Of a stretch of DNA of 64,000 bases, positions 38,201 to 47,474 are shown piece after piece (the first letter of the stretch is position 1; each line of letters starts with the position of its first letter). A program made the translations under genes and the position numbers. This stretch comes from a virus: the IMG/VR virus record IMGVR_UViG_3300027754_000048. One strand, given 5' to 3'. Under the pieces are notes generated by a model. It was not told where the DNA came from, did not search any database, and saw only the letters and a program-made list of their open reading frames with translations.

Positions 38201-40770
38201 ACTTCATCACCAACAGTCAGTGAAACGAGTAAGCTATTAACTACAAAACCTACGCTTCCTGAGTAAAAAGCATTATCTATAAATTGAGTAACGTATGGTG
38301 ATAAATTGTTTTGAGTGTCTGAATATTGAGTTTGTGTAGTTCCGTCGTCGATTGACACAGTTCCATTAATTACTTGATATACTTGTCCTGAAACAAGCAG
38401 CTCCGCGTTTTCTGGAATAAAATAGTATTGATATAGATCAATCGATGGAAAGTTTGAATATGTGCTATTGTAGAAATCAAAATCAAGATCCTTGATTGGA
38501 AATAGAGAAAGAAGTCCAAACTCAGGCCTAAATTTCTTTCTGATTGCAAACTGTGTGTATGAAATAGTTGGAGTTTCTGAATCCTCTAATGTCAAAACAA
38601 TATTTTCATTATATTTGGAAATTGCAGAGACCCTAGTTGATTCTTTTACTCCATTTGTCTCGTTGATTAAGTCAATATATTTTGAAATTTTCTTAATTTT
38701 CGACCACCCTTGCGTTGTCAATATAAGCAAATTATCGAATTCTTGAGTTATCTTACTTAGATGGTTTGCATCGATTACAAGACGATTGCCTTGAATTTTT
38801 GATCCTCCATGAAAATCAAAAAGTGTTGAAATTAAGCCGGTTCCAGCAACATCATCGATACTAATCGTAGTATAATCGTTTACTGGTGAAATAAACTCAA
38901 ATTTATGTAGTGCATCAAAATCTCCAGGCGTATTACAAATAACAAATACATATTCGTCAAATGCATAGGCGGTAAATGTTTTATTTCGTACGCCATTGAT
39001 TACTGCAGCTAGAGAACTTGCAATTTGATCAGTACGACCTTCTGTACTAAAATAGAACTCATCAAAGCCAGTAACATTATCCCAATCGTTATAGATATAG
39101 TATTCTCCAGGATTAGGTAAGAGTGAGTAGTCTAATACTCCTGTAAATAGATCATAGTTACCATTAGAATCAGATTGAGTCCCGTTGGGGTGATACAATT
39201 TGACTTGATCAGCATGGTTAGGATTTGCAAGAATCTTAAATACACCATACGAATATCCTGGTAAGCCAGCAACAAACCCAGTATCTTGTAAGTAAATGTC
39301 CTCGCTCGGTCCAAAGAACTTGCCTAAATTAATTGACGTATTACTTAATCTTATTTTACCAGAACCAATATCCTTTGATACTGAACCTGTCGTTGAATTT
39401 GTAGTGGGTGCAACGCTTACTTTATAGGTAAATATGGTATCTGAAACTTTAGTGATAAAATATTCACCAGAATAGTCAGAATCAATTGCAGAAACTGTGA
39501 TAAAATCATCAGTTTGAAAATTATGTGGAATAAAAGCGGTTACTGTAATATCTGTGCCTATTGCAGAAAAGGTAGCTCCTTTTTCTAGAGATAGCGAAAT
39601 ATCATACGGTGAGACAAGCTTAGGCAAATATAATTTGTCGCTCTTATCTGTAATATAATTAAAATACAGAGTTTCTGAATCAGTAAAAATATTTGTAAAT
39701 TCAGAAATATTAAATTGCAGATTTTTATATGGAATAATTACTCCATTACTGTTTGATTGTAATAGAGTAGTATCGTCGCTTTCTTTGTATGTGGTACGAA
39801 ATCTTGGAGTGTTTTCCCAAGTTTTGCGTTCTGCATATCCTCTTTCGAGGTCAATATCTAATTCAGAAAGTTCAATAGTATTAAGGTATACTCCTAAATA
39901 CCGGTTGATCTCATAATTTTGAGATGAATCGTCATTAAAGATAAATTCAAGATTTAAGATGTTTGGAAAAATAATTCCATTTCTTTCATATCCTTTTGTA
40001 ACGTTTTCTTCAAAGAATTTTAAAGGAGTGGATTGACGATATTGATCGTATAATAATTCTCCCCTGCTTCCCAATACTCCAGCATCAACGATCATTCCAT
40101 TCCATGTAGTATATTCTTCCTCCTCATATGCAACAGTCAGCGGACTAATTGGAAAATTTGGAGAATTCAAATAAGATCTGATAAATTTTCCAGGCTTAGT
40201 ATCTTCTCTTAGATCAAACGTTTTGATAATAGTCGCCTTTTTAAATAGGTCAACTAGATAATTTGCTCTAGGCTGGCCGTTTTCAAAATCTTGTTTTGAA
40301 ATATCAATTGGCGTATTTAAAGGATCATTAATCTTAAAAATTACAAAGAACCTTGGCAACTCTTTCTTTAAGTAGAGTGGCGCAAAGTACGATAGTCTTT
40401 CTTCATATTTGTTTGATGGAAAATATTTTATTCCACTGAAATAATTTGAGAAATCATACTGATCTTTAAAATCTTTTGATGTTTTGGTTGTATCTACACC
40501 TTCCGATAATCCAAAAATGATTTCATTTGGAGTAGTTCCATTTTTGAAAAACTGATAAATGTTTCCAGGTAAAGACTGCGTTGTATCAATTGGATATCTA
40601 GAATAATCGTCTTTTGCTAATTCAAGATTTGCCTTGATTGCATCTAGCCACATATCTCCAGCCTCGTTGATAGTTAACTTTACGTTTCCGGTCAACTTAG
40701 GATTAGTTCGAACCAATTGATAACTCGCATCTGCTACGAGTACTTTAGTATATAGAATGTCTTTTGCCAT
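35245..40770 (-). CDS. Very large virion structural protein (baseplate/tail associated)
   Basis: 1841 aa uninterrupted ORF with FCCH-like modules (HNFQTDDFITV...YSGEYFIT; LTVGDEVYV...YNGSANIT). Confidence 0.6.
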   Translation of the reverse strand: MAKDILYTKVLVADASYQLVRTNPKLTGNVKLTINEAGDMWLDAIKANLELAKDDYSRYPIDTTQSLPGNIYQFFKNGTTPNEIIFGLSEGVDTTKTSKDFKDQYDFSNYFSGIKYFPSNKYEERLSYFAPLYLKKELPRFFVIFKINDPLNTPIDISKQDFENGQPRANYLVDLFKKATIIKTFDLREDTKPGKFIRSYLNSPNFPISPLTVAYEEEEYTTWNGMIVDAGVLGSRGELLYDQYRQSTPLKFFEENVTKGYERNGIIFPNILNLEFIFNDDSSQNYEINRYLGVYLNTIELSELDIDLERGYAERKTWENTPRFRTTYKESDDTTLLQSNSNGVIIPYKNLQFNISEFTNIFTDSETLYFNYITDKSDKLYLPKLVSPYDISLSLEKGATFSAIGTDITVTAFIPHNFQTDDFITVSAIDSDYSGEYFITKVSDTIFTYKVSVAPTTNSTTGSVSKDIGSGKIRLSNTSINLGKFFGPSEDIYLQDTGFVAGLPGYSYGVFKILANPNHADQVKLYHPNGTQSDSNGNYDLFTGVLDYSLLPNPGEYYIYNDWDNVTGFDEFYFSTEGRTDQIASSLAAVINGVRNKTFTAYAFDEYVFVICNTPGDFDALHKFEFISPVNDYTTISIDDVAGTGLISTLFDFHGGSKIQGNRLVIDANHLSKITQEFDNLLILTTQGWSKIKKISKYIDLINETNGVKESTRVSAISKYNENIVLTLEDSETPTISYTQFAIRKKFRPEFGLLSLFPIKDLDFDFYNSTYSNFPSIDLYQYYFIPENAELLVSGQVYQVINGTVSIDDGTTQTQYSDTQNNLSPYVTQFIDNAFYSGSVGFVVNSLLVSLTVGDEVYVSQDAGYTNDSYNGSANITNVVANYPGAGQTTLVINKGWGVSTPAEPGGICLASVIGTFTVTSASKYSIVSGEPIVIYAPDSNLLGGSLITPINDENKELKDFNGFSILKDPNKVIPQENTTLYNLQTKYINGLTNTEYDFYKENDSKDFSVRSKIIPYITKWRIKDGFDSRDNPYRLNTEIVFGRNNFSPDHTDRTQNPNNFTHEWFYIESKFNYLLDPTTIKQNDYYFDKQLDITQLLSDPNYFIEYFTYTPADGTNTYGEQIDIAPTQFRYSTVFKNAAGQYETFFKGFKVSIKDVTDPTVSGADGKPVAKTNSSRFDGYKFSCILKPVEENLIDRDQSPIRYRVIDHSDFKFILVVIEVALGSLTQIDQDWYVKNTIEKITNNTAPSSNEAYFADPTLFPPKNVYQTVDGDYRVVFDNGVSNLTHTLLYSLKHKKFNSLLSNFSNAKVTSKINLTFSGFNVNNNNVARLENTKPYPSILSDEIILPSEKTFLILHSSNGKEYIIDQYDASTLNPLNVSPVLGASTEAILLSTKQYLSEMVSLSIFPYTSVFTTIPLAPVFINAIEKDYSFYLTFGGEQYFEKLIEKLSFAKFKKYINELDPFIEYESYSLDSTGNPVATTTPNYYLEVPDQAQVEKLTQTITNIDDDRPTQYAFKSVISYTYEQAALNNSIFLNRYKGEYEPIANDLLNCRSNFKFIKNKINDLSLSNTKLNSHILEALVLRNFSHIKVADTKILDLESDAAYLPVYPTIDEIAIGKADYFLLSSNWDWGFHHKYSDKSNYSPVAGSLRVEEDENFLGKIVIIPPVIELENYKTLTLTGTQKLEDVDLTQVEIVIKETQKTVDGYINVNNVISSYLINDGIEQKFNEYLINSNEYIGNFDTIQSYVKEYIRLNILKLYNIDTVEFYTKRNAELVSSEKVKNSNTVEFVFLNDKQRFIQGYSLLRSVKINKTDRLILRFSIQKPVDAGLSISPKIKINFI

Positions 40771-40772
40771 TA

Positions 40773-43700
40773 TTAGAATGTAGTAACCGTGCCTTTACTC
40801 TGAACTATAGGAGCGTCTAACGATGTTTCTTTAGTATATTGTGCGCTTACTTCAAGGTCAAAAGAAAAAGGAACATCGTCTTTTACGATAATGTCGATTC
40901 CTATTTTCTTTTGATACTTAATGTTGTTTAATGTTTCGTTTGATCGATACCCTCCAATATAACCTAATTTATCTGAACATCTAAACTGAAATAAAACAGG
41001 TATATTAAGTGCATTATCGGCACCGAAACTAATCGCTTTAGTAGATCGTGTAGGGAAATTTCCTTCTACTGAAATTGCATTATAATTCAGAGGAAACATG
41101 TAAAAATAAGAACCGCATGTATATTTACCAATTAGGTATTCATCGTTTGGCTTAAATCCTAACTTGATTGGATAGTTGTCTAATGTTTTGCTTAAGTTAG
41201 AGGTAGGCGATGTTAAGTTTTTACGAACTGCTTGCTTATAGTATTTTACTCCAAATTTATTTGTGTCTTCTGCAACCGACGCTTCAAAATGAAGTGCCTG
41301 AGCAAAAGGTAAAGTTACCTGTTTTGCAGTTGCATCAATTGTTGGAGGAACAGCCGAAGCAAAGTCTGGTGCAAATAATGCAGCAAGTGCAGATGCTGAA
41401 TATGTAAACGATGTTATGCTCTTAAGAGTAGGGTGATCTTTACTAATACAAAACTCAGAAAGATATCCTCCACCTTGTGGAATAGAAGAAATAATCGCTC
41501 CGTTCCAAACCTTAGTATTAGAAGATCCTACTGTTGAATACGTAGGATCATATGGAAGATAATGACCCCAATCATATGGTATACGCACAGAATTATAGAG
41601 CGTTCCCTGATAATTGTATACAGGGGTTGTAACATATTGAGTAGTATCGTTAACTTCAGTATACAACTGTTCAGAAAGACCATAATTTCTTGCGCGACTA
41701 TTGATATATTGACTTTTTACTTGGCCTGATTGTTGACTTGGAATCTGCTTAAAGTCTCCAAGAAATGGAGTTTGATTTTTATTTACTCCAATTGGCACAA
41801 TATCGTATCGACGATTTACATGATAATCTTTATCTGGATTTGCAATAGGATCAGACTGAGTCATTATCTCATCTGAGCCTCCAAATAATAATGAAACAAG
41901 TTCGAGCTTGGTTGCTGAAGTATTTTGAATAGAAATTGAATATTGCTTTGTAATAATTCTTCCCTCATTATACACAGTAGTTCCGCCAGTAGTGTCTTTA
42001 ATTAGATCACGATAATATCCAGCAAATAGGCTTATCGTATCTCCATTAACGACATCTGTCAAATTTCCAGAAGGATCGACTATTGAAACTTTAATAACTC
42101 CTCTGTCTTGAGTGATTGCCTGTTGTAGACTTTCTATTGTATTTTTAAGAGTAGTGATCTGTTCGAATAGATCAATTACGCTGCCAGTTGCAGTATAAAA
42201 TCCGCTGGCAATATCTTGCGCATTATGCGCAAAGAATCTCTCACCAGTTGTAAACTGATTTGCAAGGTGAGTATCAACTCCTCGTGCAATTAAACTTTTT
42301 TCAAAATCTAATCGAGTCTTATCTGCGAATACTTTTTGAGAAACAACTGTTGACTCTTCCTGAGAAGTAATATTTTCAGGGAAAGATATTTGTACTAAGT
42401 TTGACCAATCTGACACTACTGGATTATCTGGCCAGCCTGCTTCAGAAATAGAGTGTATTTGAAATTCAATAACTTCTCCTTTTCTGATTGGGATATCTAG
42501 TTGGTTTGTGTTTACTTGATCCGCATCTGAAAGGTTTTCGGTAGTCCACTTATAGAGACCAGTAGTTGTATCTAACTCCTTAGTTTTAGGTTTAGTTAAG
42601 ACTTCTGTCCACGGAGAAAAAGTTGCAGACTTTTTAGTTCCATCAGTATCAGTAAAAGTTTGTTGTTGTGCATTTGGTTGGTTTCCACTTTGACTTAAGT
42701 AGCGATAACGATATTTGAACTGTATTACCTGTTGTGAACCGTACGTTCCGGTTAAAGCAATAGGTACTTGCCAAAATCCTCGAACTGCATATTTCTTTTG
42801 ATTAACAAACTGGGGTGTGTTTGAAAGTTGTAAAGTCAAATTAGTAACTAATGTAGAAAGAGTTGTAGTTTTTTCAGTACGATTCTTTTGTACTTCAGTT
42901 AATTGTTTCTGTAAACGTTTTGCTTCTTGTGTAGTTTTAGAAACAGTTGAAATATTTGACTTAATTTCGTCAATCTTCTTGTTTAACTCTTGGATCTCTT
43001 TTTCAGTTGCTGCTTTTTCTTTGATTGTACTATTAATCGTTGCAACATTCTTATCATCTTGAAGGTGTTGGTCGATTTGAACAACACTAAAATTTGCAGC
43101 ATCAATTGTTGGAGCAGAAGGAGTAATTCCTAGAATTGCAGGAAGCTTCTTTTCTTTTGCAAAATTCAATAGGATTAATCCAAAATCTGAAACAAAATTA
43201 TTATAGTAACTTGCAAGAGTAGTAGTAGTATTATCTGCAAGAGAAATTGTCAAGTCATTAGTAAAGACAGCAACACCATTTGAATAATTATCAACGGTTA
43301 GATTTTTAGCTTTACTGATAGGTTTAATAAAAATTATTTCGCGCTCATTGAAACCTACATTTACTTGAAGTTCAGGTATACGGAAAGGTAATGGCATTAT
43401 TCTTAGGATTGCAGCACCAATTGTAATTGGTTCAATTCCAAAAATTCTTTCTAATACAACTTCAGTATCTGTTTTATTTACTGAGCGAACAATGTATTCT
43501 GAATCATTTTCAGTAATTAAAACATCACCTTCCGCAAGAATCTTTGAATTTTTAGTTCCAGTAAATACATCTGTGTAATTTAAAGTGCTTAGTTTATAGC
43601 GACGGCGTAAGACTGAAACGCTTTGACCAGAAGTAAGAGTTTGAGTTCCTTCTTCTTCAAGAATTCTCAATATATCAAATGTTCCAGTATAACGATTAAT

Positions 43701-44333
43701 TGCAGTAGCTACATCAACTGTATTATCGTCTTCGAAATAATCAATTAGATATGCATCAAGATCTGTTTTTAGATCTTCTAGAATAATATCGTTTTTTCCC
43801 GAATAATTAGTATCAAAATAGGTTGCAAAATCATCATTATTTACAGCATTGATGATTATTCTTTTTACTACAAAACTGTCAATGTCGTCAGTTAGAATGC
43901 TACTAATATCTAATGAAACAAAAAGAAGAGGATTTAAAAAAGATTCAAAGAACCAATTGTTTTTTACTCCAAACGCAGTTGGAATTGTAAACGATGTGTT
44001 TTGTATGCTTTCAAGTTCGCTTAATAACTGCGAAGTCTTTTTTAATTCAAACTTACGAACTTCTCCATTTGCTGATTTAATACCAATAACGTTGCTATTC
44101 GTTGAAAGCAAGGTTTCAAATCGAGTATTAATATCTTCGATTTTTCCCTTTAGATAACCGAAAGAAGGAACATTAATTGTCGTTGTTGCACCATCACTTC
44201 CAGTCTGAGTAACGCTTACATTGTCTGATTTAGACTCAAGAATGTTTTCTAAACTCATTAAAAATGAGTTCATATTATCGACATCCAGTACAAGTCTTTT
44301 TAAAACGTCAGATAGCGTATTTTTTGTTTCCAT
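40773..44333 (-). CDS. Large virion structural protein with central coiled coil
   Basis: 1186 aa; KEKAATEKEIQELNKKIDEIK coiled coil; tightly packed operon. Confidence 0.6.
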   Translation of the reverse strand: METKNTLSDVLKRLVLDVDNMNSFLMSLENILESKSDNVSVTQTGSDGATTTINVPSFGYLKGKIEDINTRFETLLSTNSNVIGIKSANGEVRKFELKKTSQLLSELESIQNTSFTIPTAFGVKNNWFFESFLNPLLFVSLDISSILTDDIDSFVVKRIIINAVNNDDFATYFDTNYSGKNDIILEDLKTDLDAYLIDYFEDDNTVDVATAINRYTGTFDILRILEEEGTQTLTSGQSVSVLRRRYKLSTLNYTDVFTGTKNSKILAEGDVLITENDSEYIVRSVNKTDTEVVLERIFGIEPITIGAAILRIMPLPFRIPELQVNVGFNEREIIFIKPISKAKNLTVDNYSNGVAVFTNDLTISLADNTTTTLASYYNNFVSDFGLILLNFAKEKKLPAILGITPSAPTIDAANFSVVQIDQHLQDDKNVATINSTIKEKAATEKEIQELNKKIDEIKSNISTVSKTTQEAKRLQKQLTEVQKNRTEKTTTLSTLVTNLTLQLSNTPQFVNQKKYAVRGFWQVPIALTGTYGSQQVIQFKYRYRYLSQSGNQPNAQQQTFTDTDGTKKSATFSPWTEVLTKPKTKELDTTTGLYKWTTENLSDADQVNTNQLDIPIRKGEVIEFQIHSISEAGWPDNPVVSDWSNLVQISFPENITSQEESTVVSQKVFADKTRLDFEKSLIARGVDTHLANQFTTGERFFAHNAQDIASGFYTATGSVIDLFEQITTLKNTIESLQQAITQDRGVIKVSIVDPSGNLTDVVNGDTISLFAGYYRDLIKDTTGGTTVYNEGRIITKQYSISIQNTSATKLELVSLLFGGSDEIMTQSDPIANPDKDYHVNRRYDIVPIGVNKNQTPFLGDFKQIPSQQSGQVKSQYINSRARNYGLSEQLYTEVNDTTQYVTTPVYNYQGTLYNSVRIPYDWGHYLPYDPTYSTVGSSNTKVWNGAIISSIPQGGGYLSEFCISKDHPTLKSITSFTYSASALAALFAPDFASAVPPTIDATAKQVTLPFAQALHFEASVAEDTNKFGVKYYKQAVRKNLTSPTSNLSKTLDNYPIKLGFKPNDEYLIGKYTCGSYFYMFPLNYNAISVEGNFPTRSTKAISFGADNALNIPVLFQFRCSDKLGYIGGYRSNETLNNIKYQKKIGIDIIVKDDVPFSFDLEVSAQYTKETSLDAPIVQSKGTVTTF

Positions 44334-44341
44334 TGATCTAG

Positions 44342-46435
44342 TTATCTTATTTTGTCTACTCTAAACTTTAGAGTTGTTTCATCTAAACAAATGATCTCAA
44401 AGATTGGAGTATTTCCAGAAGGAGTAAAGTCAAGATCACTTAATACAGTAATCAATACTCCATATTGTCCAGAATTAGTCTTATTTAAGGCATCTGTGTA
44501 TATTTTTACGTTGTATACGTCTGGCACAAGTTGATCTTCAAATACTAGTCTAAAACATTGCCCTTTTTTCCAACTAACCGTCGTGTCGTTAATAAAAATT
44601 TCAAGATCTTTGATTAGAACGATTGGAACCAAGTTATTTCTGTGAACTACATAATTTGTATAAGTAGTTAAAGGAACAACATTTTTCGTAAATACGTTCG
44701 TTACTGAACTATTTGAAATATTGTATTGTTGTGCAGTATTATTGAGTCTAACTAGGTTTGGTGTTTTTCTATCGACTCCTATTCCATCGCCTGGTCTAAT
44801 TCCATTTAGATCATACGAAACTGTAAGATTTGTGGTACCATTAATTAGCGAATCTACTCTTTCATTCAAAGAGGTAATCATTTTCACTAAGTTATTAGTA
44901 TTGTCAAAAATTGCAGAATTTGCAGTAAGAGAAGTCTCTAAGTTAGTTACTCTAGTATTTAATTCCTGTTGATCTTGAGTATTGATTAATAGATCCTTTA
45001 GACCCTCAACATCTTGCCGTAATTGCTCAAGTGCAAGAAGTTTATCGTTATACCTTTTTTGAAGCTGCTTAAATTCAGTTAATACATCAGTAAACAATTC
45101 AAGAGAGAAAGTTGAATAATCGTTGATTGATTTTTCAACGATCACGTTTTCAACTGATGTATCTAACTTAAGGTTTGCTTTGAATGAAAATGCGTTTCCA
45201 TTGATTTTGTTCAATGGATCTGGCTTGAATTTAAGAATTGTAGGAATTTGAAACTCTAAACCGCTTTGTTGAACCTTATCTAGAAAAAGAACGCCATATA
45301 AATTTGTTCTAAAATCAATAGGAACTCCATTTGAATCTAAATTATTTGGATCATATGTGTCATAATAGATCAGGATAGCATTGAATTCAAAATCTCTGTT
45401 TGCAACATAATCATTGAATTGTGAAAATACTTTAATTTCTGGATTTTCGCTAGCTAGCTTATAATTTACAAGATCAAAATCTAATGAAATACCGTCTAGT
45501 GTACTTCTTTGATATTCAACACTAACTAATCCATTTTGTTTATAAATGAACTGATCTGTCGCGGTACCATATTTGGAAGTTATATCTGTATAATATGAAT
45601 TCTTAACTGTTTTGGTAAACCAGTTTCCATTAGCATAAACACCGCCTACCGAATTTTTAATTTGAGTTAATACACTCTGATCATCAAGGTCATAAAATGC
45701 TTTTATTGATAATCCAAATGGGTGAGTTTCATAGTAATGTCTACCTGCAAGATATTCGGTATCTAACGGATCATTTGGGGTATTTGCAATGGTCATTCCA
45801 GCATAATAGTTATCGTCTGAAATTGACTTAAATAATACGTGAGGAGTAGTTCCTACATTTGTAGGAACGTGAATGTAGACTTCAGTATATGAGTTATCTG
45901 CAGATTTTATTGTGTTTACTACGTCAATATCTGCAATGTATTTTACAACTCTTTTATAAGTTGATTTTGTTTCAGGTTTTTCAACAAATCTTGCATCAGT
46001 TCCTAAAACGTTAGTATTTTTTTCAAGAGAATTTGCATTTTGAAATCGAATTGCTCCAAGTTCCTTTAACCATTTCCAAAAAACTCGTTCGCCTACTGTT
46101 AATTTATTATCTCGCTGATAGTTAGGTTGATTTAAAAGTAAAGCTTCTAAATTAAGTGCATAGTTTTGAAAACTTTGAGCTAGGTTTACGTTATTATCTG
46201 GATTGAGTCCATCGATCATTGGCGTCTCGCCTTGTGATAAAAATTGAATTTTATTGTCTGTCAATAAATTATTAGGCTCACCTATTTCTGGAATTCTTAA
46301 GAGCGCAAACTTAGAAAAACGAACAGCATTTTCGCTGTTTGCTAATGTGATATTAATATCTTCAAGCGAACTCTGAAAGTTGTAGAGTATGCCCTTTTTA
46401 TCCTGTACAGGTTTTATTAACGACGTAACTGCCAT
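44342..46435 (-). CDS. Virion structural protein with coiled coil
   Basis: 697 aa in the same operon. Confidence 0.6.
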   Translation of the reverse strand: MAVTSLIKPVQDKKGILYNFQSSLEDINITLANSENAVRFSKFALLRIPEIGEPNNLLTDNKIQFLSQGETPMIDGLNPDNNVNLAQSFQNYALNLEALLLNQPNYQRDNKLTVGERVFWKWLKELGAIRFQNANSLEKNTNVLGTDARFVEKPETKSTYKRVVKYIADIDVVNTIKSADNSYTEVYIHVPTNVGTTPHVLFKSISDDNYYAGMTIANTPNDPLDTEYLAGRHYYETHPFGLSIKAFYDLDDQSVLTQIKNSVGGVYANGNWFTKTVKNSYYTDITSKYGTATDQFIYKQNGLVSVEYQRSTLDGISLDFDLVNYKLASENPEIKVFSQFNDYVANRDFEFNAILIYYDTYDPNNLDSNGVPIDFRTNLYGVLFLDKVQQSGLEFQIPTILKFKPDPLNKINGNAFSFKANLKLDTSVENVIVEKSINDYSTFSLELFTDVLTEFKQLQKRYNDKLLALEQLRQDVEGLKDLLINTQDQQELNTRVTNLETSLTANSAIFDNTNNLVKMITSLNERVDSLINGTTNLTVSYDLNGIRPGDGIGVDRKTPNLVRLNNTAQQYNISNSSVTNVFTKNVVPLTTYTNYVVHRNNLVPIVLIKDLEIFINDTTVSWKKGQCFRLVFEDQLVPDVYNVKIYTDALNKTNSGQYGVLITVLSDLDFTPSGNTPIFEIICLDETTLKFRVDKIR

Positions 46436-46458
46436 TGATGATTTAATTTTTTATGGAA

Positions 46459-47442
46459 TTAGAATCTTTGCATTCCATACATTCCAGTAATTACCAATAG
46501 ATCATTGTTATTGGCATCTATATTGTATACAACTGAGACATTATGTGCGTTTGGTGAAATTGCTAAACTGCCTAATGCATCACTAACTTGAGTATATGCT
46601 GAATTTGGATAAACTCCAATATTGAAACCATTGGAAGTAAGAGAAATTGAAGAAGTTGGGATAACACTATAATTTGTTCCTCCGCTAACAATAAGATTAA
46701 TTAATCCGTTGTTCATGGCAGATATGATAGAAGTTCCAAGCTGATCTTCAGTTACATCAGCAATATGAACTATAAATTCTGTTCCTTGTAGTGGAGGATT
46801 TGCAGCATCAAAATCTACAAATAAAATAACATCTACTATTGTAGGTTCAAATCCTGGCAGAGCAGGATCATATGTATAGTTTAAGTTTGGTGCAGAACTT
46901 GCTCTTAACTTTACAAAGATATTTTTTCTTGAAGAACTGCTTAGATTAAGAAAACCTTCAGCAGATGTGCCGTTTTTACTTAAATCTACAATCACAGTTT
47001 CCTTTGAAGAAACGATGCTAGCTGAATACTTTAAGGTATTATTGAAAGTAGCGGTTCCACTAATGTCAGTTGAACTAGTTACAACTAAATCATTGATAGT
47101 CAACTGATTAAATGTTGATTCTAAGTTAGTGTTAATTTTATCAACTGTTAAAATAGATTCAGAATTTGCATTCTTTTCTAACTTTGCAATAATTTGAGTT
47201 GGTGTACCCGTTTGAAAAATAAGTCCAGTATCCTGAATGATAAACGACTTTGCTTTAACATATGAAATAGGATTATCAGTACCTATGGATAAACCAACAG
47301 TATCTATTTCAAGATTATTTAGAGTATCTTCAAGCTTTGCTTGTAATAGAAGATCGTTTGCATTACTAATTGTTGCTATATCCGTGACAAAGTTAGTCAA
47401 TAGGATTTCTTGAATTGGTAGAGAAACAGGTGAAAACGCCAT
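46459..47442 (-). CDS. Putative fibre/baseplate-associated protein
   Basis: 327 aa; PIQEILLTNFVTDIATISNAN N-terminus; late motif at 47463-47470. Confidence 0.55.
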   Translation of the reverse strand: MAFSPVSLPIQEILLTNFVTDIATISNANDLLLQAKLEDTLNNLEIDTVGLSIGTDNPISYVKAKSFIIQDTGLIFQTGTPTQIIAKLEKNANSESILTVDKINTNLESTFNQLTINDLVVTSSTDISGTATFNNTLKYSASIVSSKETVIVDLSKNGTSAEGFLNLSSSSRKNIFVKLRASSAPNLNYTYDPALPGFEPTIVDVILFVDFDAANPPLQGTEFIVHIADVTEDQLGTSIISAMNNGLINLIVSGGTNYSVIPTSSISLTSNGFNIGVYPNSAYTQVSDALGSLAISPNAHNVSVVYNIDANNNDLLVITGMYGMQRF

Positions 47443-47474
47443 GTTTTAGAATTATTTTAGTTTATTTATTACTT